A DNA stretch of 64,000 nt from an uncultured Acidobacteriota bacterium (GTDB taxonomy: Bacteria; Acidobacteriota; Vicinamibacteria; Vicinamibacterales; UBA2999): positions 1,179,359 to 1,243,358 of the forward strand of contig OY970174.1 in NCBI GenBank assembly GCA_963707795.1, written 5' to 3'. A program made the translations under genes and the position numbers. The notes beneath the pieces are model-generated. The model saw only the letters and a list, made by a program, of their open reading frames with translations, did not search any database and had not been told where the DNA came from. Of the stretch, positions 13,860 to 22,976 are shown piece after piece (the stretch's first letter is position 1; each line of letters begins with the position of its first letter).

Positions 13860-14687
13860 TCAGCCCGCCGCGTCCTTCTGCTCCTGCCACAGCATCTCGA
13901 GATCGTCGAGCGGCAGGTCGCCGAGCGACTGGCCGGCGGCGGCCGCAGCGTGCTCCATCCCCTCGAAGCGCCGCTGGAACTTGTTGCTGGCGCCACGCAG
14001 CGCCGCCTCCGGTTCGACGCCGAGCTTGCGGGCGAGGTTCACGATTGCGAACAGCAGGTCGCCCATCTCCTCCTCCACGCGCCCGCGGTCGGGCTGGGCG
14101 GCCGTCACCATCTCCTTCAGCTCGAGCACTTCCTCGTCGATCTTGTCGAGCACTTCGGCGGTTCTGACCCAGTCGAACCCGACCGCGGCCGCGCGGGCGC
14201 CGAGCTCGTAGGCGCGCAGCAGAGCGGGCAGCGTGCGCGGCACGCCGCTCAGGATCGTGCGGTCGGACTGTCCGGCACGGCGGCGCTCGCCCGCCTTGAG
14301 GTCCTCCCATTGTTCGACGACCGCTGTGGGCGTCATCGACCTCCGGTCGTCGGCCAGCGCGCGCCCCTCCGGCGTGAAGACGTGAGGATGGCGGCGTACG
14401 AGCTTGTCGGTGACCGCCTGGATCGCATCGGCCACGGCGAAGCGGCCCTGTTCGTCGGCCATCTGTGCCAGGAACACCACCTCGAACAGCACGTCGCCGA
14501 GCTCCTCCGCCATCGCCTCCCAATCCTCGCGATCGAGCGCATCGAGCAGTTCGTACGTTTCCTCGAGCACGAAGGGACGCAGCGACGCCGGCGTCTGCTC
14601 GCGATCCCACGGACAGCCGTCGGGTCCGCGCAGCGTGCGCATGATGTCGACGAGCCGATCGAAGCGGGCGCCGGCTGAGTCTGCCAT
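13860..14687 (-). CDS. mazG: Nucleoside triphosphate pyrophosphohydrolase MazG
   Basis: 275 aa with tandem MazG domains (CPWDREQT...EETYELLDA...EELGDVLF...RRHPHVF; EEVLELKE...EEMGDLLFAIVNLAR). Confidence 0.93.
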   Translation of the reverse strand: MADSAGARFDRLVDIMRTLRGPDGCPWDREQTPASLRPFVLEETYELLDALDREDWEAMAEELGDVLFEVVFLAQMADEQGRFAVADAIQAVTDKLVRRHPHVFTPEGRALADDRRSMTPTAVVEQWEDLKAGERRRAGQSDRTILSGVPRTLPALLRAYELGARAAAVGFDWVRTAEVLDKIDEEVLELKEMVTAAQPDRGRVEEEMGDLLFAIVNLARKLGVEPEAALRGASNKFQRRFEGMEHAAAAAGQSLGDLPLDDLEMLWQEQKDAAG

Positions 14688-14725
14688 GGCCCGTATGGTA
14701 CCATTCGGCTTCTGGAGGATGGCCC

Positions 14726-15016
14726 GTGAGTGAGTCCGCCGAACGCCCCGAGGTGAGCTTCATCGCGTTCCTGTTCTCGCTGGCCAGCAACGCCGCGGTG
14801 CACTTCGGCGACCTCCCCGATCCGCTGACCAATGAGACGCGTCCGGCCGATCTCGAGGCCGCGGCGCAGCTCATCGACATCATCTCGATGCTCGAGGTGA
14901 AGACGCGCGGCAACCTCACCGCGGAAGAGCGCCAGCTCATCGACCAGGTGCTGTTCGAGCTGCGGATGCGCTACGTCGAGGCGAAGAAGGGCGAGAGCCC
15001 GATCATCCAGCCGTGA
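14726..15016 (+). CDS. DUF1844-family small protein
   Basis: 96 aa with the pattern SFIAFLFSLASNAAVHFGDLPDPLTNE...LEAAAQLIDIISMLEVKTRGNLTAEE typical of DUF1844. Its stop overlaps the next start (GTGA). Confidence 0.7.
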   Translation: MSESAERPEVSFIAFLFSLASNAAVHFGDLPDPLTNETRPADLEAAAQLIDIISMLEVKTRGNLTAEERQLIDQVLFELRMRYVEAKKGESPIIQP

Positions 15017-15807
15017 AGGCGCGGGTCACCTTCCTGGGCACCGGTACGTCGCACGGGGTGCCGATGATCGGCTGTCGCTGCGAGACCTGCCGGTCGGACG
15101 ACCCGCGCGATCGCCGGCTGCGGCCGTCGATCTACCTGCAGGTGGAGCGGGGGCCTTCGGTGCTGGTGGACACCGCCACCGACCTGCGGCAGCAGGCCCT
15201 GACCCACGAGGTGCCGCGCGTGGACGCCATCCTGTTCACGCACAGCCACGCCGACCATGTCATGGGGATCGACGAGGTCCGGCGCTTCAACGTGATGCAG
15301 CGCGGGGCCATTCCCGCCTACGCCGATGCCCGCACCGGCGCCGACTTGCGGCGCATGTTCCACTACATCTTCACGCCGCCGGCGGAACTGGGCGGCGGGG
15401 TGCCCCAGATCGAGCTGCACGCGATCGACGGGCCCTTTGCCGTGCAGGGAATCCAGGTCCGTCCGGTCCCGGTCTTCCACGGCGAGCTGCCGGTGCTCGG
15501 CTTCCGCTTCGGGCGCTTCGCCTATCTCACCGACTGCAATCGCATTCCCGACGCGTCGTTTACGCTGCTGCACGATCTCGACGTGCTCGTCCTCGACGCG
15601 CTGCGCCATCGCCCGCACCCCACGCACTTCACCGTGGCCGAGGCCGTGGCCGCCGTCGCGCGCATCGCCCCGCGGCGGGCGCTGTTCACACACATCTGCC
15701 ACGATTTGCCCCACGCCGCCAGCGAGGCGGCGCTGCCGGCGGGGGTCGAACTCGCGTTCGACGGGCTGCGGCTCGACGTCGAGGTCGAGGCGGCGGCGCT
15801 GGTATGA
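15013..15807 (+). CDS. MBL-fold metallo-hydrolase (PhnP-like)
   Basis: 264 aa with FLGTGTSHGVP, a CxCxxC motif (CRCETC) and the HxHxDH motif (FTHSHADHVMG). Confidence 0.85.
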   Translation: MKARVTFLGTGTSHGVPMIGCRCETCRSDDPRDRRLRPSIYLQVERGPSVLVDTATDLRQQALTHEVPRVDAILFTHSHADHVMGIDEVRRFNVMQRGAIPAYADARTGADLRRMFHYIFTPPAELGGGVPQIELHAIDGPFAVQGIQVRPVPVFHGELPVLGFRFGRFAYLTDCNRIPDASFTLLHDLDVLVLDALRHRPHPTHFTVAEAVAAVARIAPRRALFTHICHDLPHAASEAALPAGVELAFDGLRLDVEVEAAALV

Positions 15808-15817
15808 TCCTCCCCTC

Positions 15818-16756
15818 GTGGAGGTGGCCTGGTTTCCGGATGATGCGCGCACGCCGCGGTGGCACCAGCCGGTGCTCGCCCTCGGCAATTTCGACGGCCT
15901 GCATCGCGGGCACAGCAAGATCATCGACCGCATCCGCCGCGGCGCGGCCGAACGCGGCGGCACCGCCCTGGTCCTGACCTTCGATCCGCATCCACCCCGG
16001 GTCGTCCGTCCCGACAAGGCGCCGCTGCTGCTGATGACCCTGGACCAGAAGATCGAGGCGCTCGGGCGGGCCGGCGTCCAGGGCGCGGCGGTCGTGCGCT
16101 TCACGCACGAGCTGTCGCGCTGGGCACCGGAGACGTTCGTCAAGACCGTGCTCGTGGACTGGCTGCGGGTGGCCGAGGTCTGGGTGGGCGCCGATTTCCT
16201 CTTCGGGCGCGATCGATCGGGCAACTTCTCGCTGCTGCGCGCGCTCGGCGGCCAGCACGGCTTCCGCGCCGAGAAGATCGACCCGGTCCGCTACAAGGAC
16301 TTCGTGGTTTCCAGCACCCGCATTCGCCGGCTGGTCGCGGAAGGGCGCGTGGACGAGGCCGGCGCCCTGCTCGGACATCATTTTTTCATCGACGGGACGG
16401 TGGTGCGCGGCGCCGGACGGGGGCGGGAGCTGGGCATCCCGACCGCCAACCTCGAGACGCCGAACGAGCTGGTGCCGCCTGACGGCGTCTACGCGACCAC
16501 GGTCAGCATCGAGGGGGTCGTGCATCCGAGCGTGACCAACATCGGGCTGCGCCCGACGTTTGCCGACGCCGCCCGCGCCGTGGTCGAGACGCACGTGCTC
16601 GGCGTGGATCGCGATCTCTACGGGCAATGCCTCCGGGTCGGCTTCGTCCAGCGGCTGCGGGACGAGCGGCGATTTCCCGACGTGGACGCCCTCAAGGCGC
16701 AGATTGACGCCGACGTGCGGCGGGCGAGGCGATTGTTCGATAGACTGAGCGTTTGA
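15818..16756 (+). CDS. ribF: Bifunctional riboflavin kinase / FMN adenylyltransferase
   Basis: This is the C-terminal 312 aa of ORF 15326..16756. It contains LALGNFDGLHRGHSKII, SSTRIRRLV and GxVVRGAGRGRELGIPTANL. The upstream part of that ORF overlaps the MBL gene out of frame. The start is assigned to in-frame GTG 15818 (alternative 15824). Confidence 0.9.
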   Translation: MEVAWFPDDARTPRWHQPVLALGNFDGLHRGHSKIIDRIRRGAAERGGTALVLTFDPHPPRVVRPDKAPLLLMTLDQKIEALGRAGVQGAAVVRFTHELSRWAPETFVKTVLVDWLRVAEVWVGADFLFGRDRSGNFSLLRALGGQHGFRAEKIDPVRYKDFVVSSTRIRRLVAEGRVDEAGALLGHHFFIDGTVVRGAGRGRELGIPTANLETPNELVPPDGVYATTVSIEGVVHPSVTNIGLRPTFADAARAVVETHVLGVDRDLYGQCLRVGFVQRLRDERRFPDVDALKAQIDADVRRARRLFDRLSV

Positions 16757-17046
16757 CGATGACCCCAACTGCGTTCGAGTTCACGGTGACCCTGCCGGGA
16801 GACGCCCGGTTTCTCGAGGCCATTCGCCTGCTGGCGGTCCAGGCCGCGGGATACGCCGGGCTGTCCGCCGACCAGGGGACCGCGCTGGCCGCCGACGTCG
16901 CACGGGAGGCCCAGGCGGCGCTGACGGCCTCGCACCATGGCCAGCCGTCCCTCGAGCTGGTGTTTGCCGGCGACGAGGGTGGCGTCAGTATCCGGATCTC
17001 GGGAGGGGGTCCGCCGCGCCACGTCCGCCAGCCGCCCCCCGCCTGA
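16753..17046 (+). CDS. Hypothetical small protein
   Basis: 97-aa ORF filling the ribF-cysS gap. ATG 16759 is a likelier start than TTG 16753. It shows only weak resemblance to the N-terminus of RsbW-type ATP-binding proteins and has no diagnostic motif. Confidence 0.35.
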   Translation: MTMTPTAFEFTVTLPGDARFLEAIRLLAVQAAGYAGLSADQGTALAADVAREAQAALTASHHGQPSLELVFAGDEGGVSIRISGGGPPRHVRQPPPA

Positions 17047-17052
17047 CCCGCC

Positions 17053-18469
17053 ATGCGCCTGTTCAATACCCTCACGCGCCAGGAGGAGACGTTTGCGCCG
17101 CTGCGCGACGACACCGTCCGCATGTACACCTGCGGCCTGACGGTCTACGCGCGCGGCCACATCGGCAACTTCCGCACCTTCGTCTGCATGGACGTCCTCC
17201 GCCGCACGCTGCGCTACGTGGCCGGCTGGCGGATGCGCCACATCGTCAACTTCACCGACGTGGACGACAAGACGATTGCCGGCGCGCAGCGCGAAGGCGT
17301 GTCGCTGCGCGAGTACACCGATCGTTACATCGCCGCGTTCCACGAGGATGCGGCGGCGCTCGGGCTCGAGCCGGTGGAGGAGATGCCGCGGGCGACCGAC
17401 CCGGAGAACCTCGCCGCCATGGCCGAGGTCATCCGCGCCCTCGAGGCGCGCGGCCACACCTACGTGAGCGACGGATCGATCTACTTCAAGATTGCCACGA
17501 TGCCCGAGTACGGCAAGCTCGCCCGGCTCGATCACGACGGCATGCAGGCCGGCGCGCGCGTGGATTCCGACACCTACGGCAAGGAGGACGCCCGCGACTT
17601 CGTGCTGTGGAAGGCGACCAAGCCCGGCGAGCCCACCTGGGACGTGCGGCGTCGGTCCCGGCCGACCCGGCTGGCACATCGAGTGCTCGGCGATGGCGCT
17701 GCGGCTGCTCGGCGAGCCGCCGATCGACATTCACGCCGGCGGCATCGACCTGATCTTTCCGCATCACGAGAACGAGATCGCGCAGAGCGAGTGCGCCACC
17801 GGCACGCCGTTCGCGCGCTTCTGGGTGCACGTCGAGCACCTGCTCGTGGACGACGCAGAAGATGTCGAAGTCGCTCGGCAACGTCTACACGCTGCAGGAC
17901 CTGACCGAGCGCGGCCACCGCATTTCGGCGCTGCGCTACCTGCTGCTGTCGTCGCACTATCGCAAGCAGCTCAACTTCACGTGTCAAGGGCCTCGAACAG
18001 GCGGAGGAGTCGCTGACCCGGCTCACCGACTTCCTCGCCCGCATCGACGCGGTGTCCGCGGGCGAGGCGCATCCGGCGATCGCCGACCGCGTGCGGGAGG
18101 CGCGCGCCGCCTTCGACGAGGCGCTGGGCGCCGACCTCAATACCGCCGCCGGGCTGGCCGCCGTGTTCGATCTGGTGCGCGTGGTCAACTCCGCCATCGA
18201 CGCCCGCGAGTGCAGCGCGGCCGACGCCGCGGTGGTGACCGCCGCGTTCGACTCATTTCGACCGCGTCCTCGGCGTGCTGTCGCTGCGCCGTGCCGAGGA
18301 CGAGCGGCCGCCGGTGCCGCTCGAGGAGATCGAGGCGGCCATCGCCGCGCGGCGGGACGCGCGCCGGCGGCGGGATTTCGCCGAGGCCGATCGCATTCGC
18401 CAGGCGCTCGCGGGCCGCGGCGTGCTGCTCGAGGATGGCCCACAGGGAACACGATGGAAACGGAAATGA
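17053..18469 (+). pseudogene. cysS: Cysteine--tRNA ligase, split over five frame segments by four +1 shifts as sequenced
   Basis: Segment 1 (17053 to about 17643): MRLFNTLT...TCGLTVYARGHIGNF...KPGEPTWD. Segment 2 (to about 17855): [16 protein letters not shown]...[12 protein letters not shown]...VEHLLVD. Segment 3 (to about 17988): [15 protein letters not shown]...HYRKQLNFT. Segment 4 (to about 18255): [12 protein letters not shown]...AAFDS. Segment 5 (to 18469): [16 protein letters not shown]...GTRWKRK-stop. The HIGH-like and KMSKS motifs are both present. Confidence 0.9.
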
Positions 18470-19814
18470 AGAGCGACACGCACGATCGGCAGACCTCCGT
18501 TCCCGAGATCAAGACCGCGCTGCCCGGACCACGGGCGAAGGCGCTGATCGAGCGCGACGGCGTGGTCGTTTCTCCGTCGTACACCCGCTCCTATCCGTTC
18601 GTCATGGCGCGCGGGCAGGGCGCGGCGGTCGAGGACGTGGACGGCAACGTCTTCCTCGACTGCGCGGCGGGCATCGCCGTCAACTCCACCGGGCACGCCC
18701 ATCCCGACGTCGTCGCCGCCATCGTGGAACAGGCGGGGAAGTTCCTCCACATGTCGGGCACCGACTTCTACTACGAGCCGCAGGTCCGGCTGGCGGAGGC
18801 GATGAACGAACTGGCGCCGTGGCGGGGGCCGAAGCGGTCGTTCTTCTCCAATTCGGGGACCGAGGCGATGGAGGCGGCCCTCAAGCTGGCGCGCTACTCG
18901 ACCCGGCGGACGGGCGTGATCGCGTTTCTCGGCAGTTTTCACGGCCGCACGCTCGGCTCGCTGTCGCTGACCTCGAGCAAGGCGATCCAGCGCAAGGGCT
19001 TCGGCCCGCCGCTGGCCGGCGTCTATCACGCGCCGTTTCCCAACCCGTATCGCCAGCCGGCGGGGCAGAGCGGGGAGGCGTGCGCCGCGGCGACGCTGGA
19101 CTACATCGAAGAGCAGATCCTGGTGCACCTGGTGTCCCCGGACGAAGTCGCGGCGGTCGTCGTCGAGCCCATCCAGGGCGAGGGCGGCTACGTCGTGCCG
19201 CCGGTCGAGTTCCACCAGCGGCTGCGGGCGTTGACCAGCAAGCACGGCATGCAGCTGATTGCGGACGAAGTGCAGTCGGGCATGGGCCGGACCGGGAAGA
19301 TGTTCGCGATGGAGCACTTCGGCGTCGAGCCGGACATGGTGACGGTCGCCAAGGGCATCGCGTCGGGGCTGCCGCTGGGCGTCACCACGGCGCGCGCGGA
19401 CGTGATGACGTGGCCGCCGGGATCCCATGCCAGCACGTTCGGCGGCAATCCCGTGTGCTGTGCGGCGGCACTGGCGACGATTCGGCTGATTCGCGGATCG
19501 CTGATGGACAATGCCGCAGCGGTGGGTGAACACATGATGGAGGCGCTCCGCGCGCTGCAGGACAAGCACCGGCTGATTGGCGACGTGCGCGGCAAGGGGC
19601 TGATGATCGGCATCGAGCTGGTGCGCGATCGGCAGACCAAGGAGCGGGCGCCGCAGGAGCGCGATCGCCTGGTCGAGGAGTGCTTTCGCCGTGGGCTGCT
19701 GGTCCTCGGCGCCGGCCGGATACCCTGCGACTGTCGCCGCCCCTGCTGCTGACGCGGGCACAGGCGGACACCGCCGTCGGCATCATCGACGCGTCATTGA
19801 CCGCCATCGGCTGA
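18454..19814 (+). CDS. Class-III PLP-dependent aminotransferase (GabT/ArgD-like); C-terminal 30 aa displaced by a 1-nt deletion near 19721
   Basis: Starts at ATG 18454 (METEMKSD) inside ORF 18052..19752. Contains [38 protein letters not shown] and TVAKGIASG. The expected end [30 protein letters not shown]-stop (19812-19814) is in the -1 frame. Confidence 0.88.
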
Positions 19815-19839
19815 TCCGCGGGGCGGGTACGCCGCTTGC

Positions 19840-20220
19840 GTGGCGATGGGCGTGTCGTATGCCCGTCAGGCGTTCGGTGTGCGGGGCGAGGATCAGGCGC
19901 GCGCGGAGCTGGAGCGGCGCGGTTACGTCATCGTGGCGCGGCGGTATCGGACGCGCCACGGCGAGATCGACATCGTCGCGCGGGACGGCGACGTGCTGGT
20001 GTTCGTCGAGGTCAAGGCGCGCACGAGCGGCAGTTTTGGCGATCCCGAGGAGGCGGTGACGCTGCAGAAACAGCAGCGCGTCGTGTGGATGGCCCTCGAT
20101 TACCTGGCGCGGCAGCGGCTGGGCGAGGTGGCGTGCCGGTTCGACGTCGTCAGCGTCCAGGCGGGGACGAGCCCGCCGACGGTGACGGTGATTCCGGACG
20201 CGTTTCGTCCTGGGTGGTAG
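19840..20220 (+). CDS. yraN: YraN-family (UPF0102) endonuclease-like protein
   Basis: 126 aa with GEDQARAELERRGYVIVARRYRTRHGEIDIVARDGDVLVFVEVKART. Confidence 0.85.
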   Translation: MAMGVSYARQAFGVRGEDQARAELERRGYVIVARRYRTRHGEIDIVARDGDVLVFVEVKARTSGSFGDPEEAVTLQKQQRVVWMALDYLARQRLGEVACRFDVVSVQAGTSPPTVTVIPDAFRPGW

Positions 20221-20366
20221 CGGGGATTGGGCGGGTCGCGACGGGTTCCACTCCGGGGGCGATGCGGGGTTGTGCCTCTGCGGTGCCGTGCGTGCGCACG
20301 GGTGGCGGCGGCGGTTGGTTGTCTGGGCGGGTCGGCTTTGCTACACTGAGGGACTGCGACCCGCGG

Positions 20367-20441
20367 GCGGGAATAACTCAGTGGTAGAGTGCGACCTTGC
20401 CAAGGTCGAAGTCGCGGGTTCGAATCCCGTTTCCCGCTCCA
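20367..20441 (+). tRNA. tRNA-Gly (anticodon GCC)
   Basis: Hand-folded cloverleaf. Acceptor stem gcgggaa/ttcccgc, anticodon loop cttGCCaag, T-arm gcgggttcgaatcccgt, encoded CCA end. Confidence 0.93.
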
Positions 20442-20692
20442 ACCTTCGCGCGTGATTCAGGCGAAGGTTGCCCGCCGTAATCCAGGCGAAGGCGGGCAGT
20501 TCGAGTTGTGAGCGCTACGGTTGGCAAGCCATCCGGTCTCGGCGCGAGCGTACTCACGGTTGGGTTGAGCACTCGATTCCGTCACACATCCTCTATGCGT
20601 CTCGCTCCCTCTGGCCAATCGTGCTTCAGCGATCGCTGTTGATCGCGGTATCATCCGCGGCCGGACATTCTTCGCGCAGAGTCATTCCGAGC

Positions 20693-20766
<74 letters not shown>

Positions 20767-20909
20767 ACCTTCACTGGGTCCATTCCGGGGACATGGGTGC
20801 CGCGTACGCAGCCCAGACGCGGACACATCCCTGGTGCGAATGCCGCCTGCCGACGCGCTAACAGATCTACTCTCATGTAAGTGCAATGCCCGCGAACACG
20901 CGTAGTGCA

Positions 20910-22727
20910 TCAACGCGGTGCGGATCGGGTAGCTCCGGTACCCCCTCCGCAGCTCGGCGGCACCACTCGATGCCGCCAGATGGTGATGGTCTGACCATCG
21001 GGCGTAAGCCGACGCTCCGTCGGCGTGAAGTCCGCCCGCTCCGCCGCCTCGCGCATGCGGGCCGGGTTGACGACCGGTGCGAACTGGCCGCGGTCGCTGT
21101 CGGACGTGACCAGGACACAGGCGGTCGCGGCCTCGCCGGCCAACCACGCCACGTAATCCTGCACCGACACGCCCGTCACCGTCGGCTCCACCTGACGGGC
21201 ATCGAACCGCATGCCGGTACCGAGCACCTGCTGGAGGTTGACCGTGTTCACGTTGAACAGGCGATGGCGAAACCCGAATGCGATCGAGGCGCTAGCGCCG
21301 TGCGCCCGAGTAATGGCCGCCGCGGTGTCACGGTCGAGGCTGAGCCACTGCGCGCCGGCGGTGCGGTCAATCGAGTCCGCGACGTCGAGTGATCCAATGT
21401 CTCCTGCCGCCGCGTAGTCCTGGAACGTGCCGCGCCCATCAGTGACGGTGACCCGGCCGAGGAGCGGAACCTCGGTCAACCACGGAAAAGCGATGCCACT
21501 CCGCAGGTCCACGAGCGGAGCACTCGCCATGATGGCCACGACCGCGGCAACCACGCGGAGCGTCAACTGGTAGTAGCGGTGCGGGCTGAGGCCGAGACAC
21601 GCCCACACCGTCACCACCATGGCCGCTGGCACGATCGGCGCGAAGAACGCGCTGCCGCTCTGATTGCGCGACGACGCCAGCGCCAGCAGCGCCTCGGCGA
21701 CGACGATGACGACCGGAACCACCGGCGCGCGAACGATCTGAAGGAACGGCAGACGGCGGGCACCACGCAGCCGAGTCCAGGCAACGACCATCGTCGCCAC
21801 GCCGCCACCGGCCATGACCAGCAAGTGCGGCAGATAGACGTCGTGGTTACAGAGCGCCCGTACGGTGGTCAGCCACGCGTCCCACGCGGAGACGGAGCCC
21901 GCAGCCTCGTATTCCACCGCGCGGGCGCCGTAGCCAAAACTGAACAGGTACTGGTACACGCGCCCGCCGTTCGGAACGAGCCAGGTCGCCGCCGTGAGCG
22001 CGGCCAACCCCAGCGACGCCGACAGCACCAGCATGCGCCGCACACGGCTGGCAGGCTCGGCGAGTGCATACACGGCGGCCGCGGCCACCGCCCCTGGCAC
22101 GAAGCCGATCGTCATCGTCCGCGCCAGCGGCATCAAGCCGAGGGTGAGACCAAAGAGCGCGCTCCAGCCGATTCGTTCGAAGCGCTGCGACTTGACCAGC
22201 GCCGTGAGCATCACCGTGCACAGGAGGGCCGCCGGCAGCGAGAAATGAAAGCTGCGCGAGTACGACAGGATCACCGGACATGAGGCCACGAGGATGCTGG
22301 CGCCGAGGCCGATCTGCCGGGACCCGATCGCTTTGCCGAGGAAATAGGTGGCGATCACACAACCGGTTCCGGCGAGGAGCGGGACCGCGAAGCCGGCGAT
22401 GATTTGGGGTCCGGTCCCATAGAAGATCAGCGACGCTAGCGCTGTCGTCAACGGCCCCTGCAGGCTGGGGCCCAGGACCGAGGACAACCAGCCGCCAACC
22501 CCGTCGTCAATCAACGCGTGGTAGTTACCCAGCGCGATCATCAGATAGCCCGCCTCGTCGATGTCGAAGGGCTGTCCGCGACGGTAGAGCCAAAGCCACC
22601 GGGCGCCGATCGCGAAAAAGCTGACGACCAGGCCCAGTAAGGCCAGACCGTACGACGAACCGGATGCAGCGGTGGCGATGCCAATGGTCCGGTTCCGCGA
22701 CCGTCCGCGCTGCTTATCGGACATCAC
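20910..22727 (-). CDS. GT-C fold membrane glycosyltransferase (ArnT/PMT, GT39-like) with soluble C-terminal domain
   Basis: 605 aa. About 11 hydrophobic helices occupy the first ~400 aa, and an acidic first-loop motif (FDIDEAGY) follows TM1. A non-membrane C-terminal ~200 aa follows. Confidence 0.7.
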   Translation of the reverse strand: MMSDKQRGRSRNRTIGIATAASGSSYGLALLGLVVSFFAIGARWLWLYRRGQPFDIDEAGYLMIALGNYHALIDDGVGGWLSSVLGPSLQGPLTTALASLIFYGTGPQIIAGFAVPLLAGTGCVIATYFLGKAIGSRQIGLGASILVASCPVILSYSRSFHFSLPAALLCTVMLTALVKSQRFERIGWSALFGLTLGLMPLARTMTIGFVPGAVAAAAVYALAEPASRVRRMLVLSASLGLAALTAATWLVPNGGRVYQYLFSFGYGARAVEYEAAGSVSAWDAWLTTVRALCNHDVYLPHLLVMAGGGVATMVVAWTRLRGARRLPFLQIVRAPVVPVVIVVAEALLALASSRNQSGSAFFAPIVPAAMVVTVWACLGLSPHRYYQLTLRVVAAVVAIMASAPLVDLRSGIAFPWLTEVPLLGRVTVTDGRGTFQDYAAAGDIGSLDVADSIDRTAGAQWLSLDRDTAAAITRAHGASASIAFGFRHRLFNVNTVNLQQVLGTGMRFDARQVEPTVTGVSVQDYVAWLAGEAATACVLVTSDSDRGQFAPVVNPARMREAAERADFTPTERRLTPDGQTITIWRHRVVPPSCGGGTGATRSAPR

Positions 22728-22976
22728 CGTCCCGACGAGATTGTGGCGATACGTCGACCAGAGCGACCTCCCATTGACCGGCGTCGCCCCCGGAGGTGGT
22801 TGATGCGATGACGCACCAGCATACTTCTCCTGAGAATCATTCAGTTGCTGTTGGGCGGGGGCGGTTGTTCCTGGCGTGGCCTGTTACAGCAGAATCAGTG
22901 GAACTGCGATACACCGGATTGCTGCAGGTCCAGCCGTGCCCAACCCGCGTGTTAGCATCCGCGCCAGGAGGCGTCC

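Noticed and set aside
17640-18260. Programmed ribosomal frameshifting in cysS
   Set aside because: There are four consecutive +1 shifts with no slippery heptamers or shared context. No precedent exists for aaRS genes. Sequencing indels or pseudogenisation are far more likely.
20767-22727. Possible genomic island integrated at tRNA-Cys
   Set aside because: I saw no integrase, transposase or direct repeat of the tRNA 3' end downstream. GC content and codon style resemble the rest of the window. A proper repeat search was not possible by eye.
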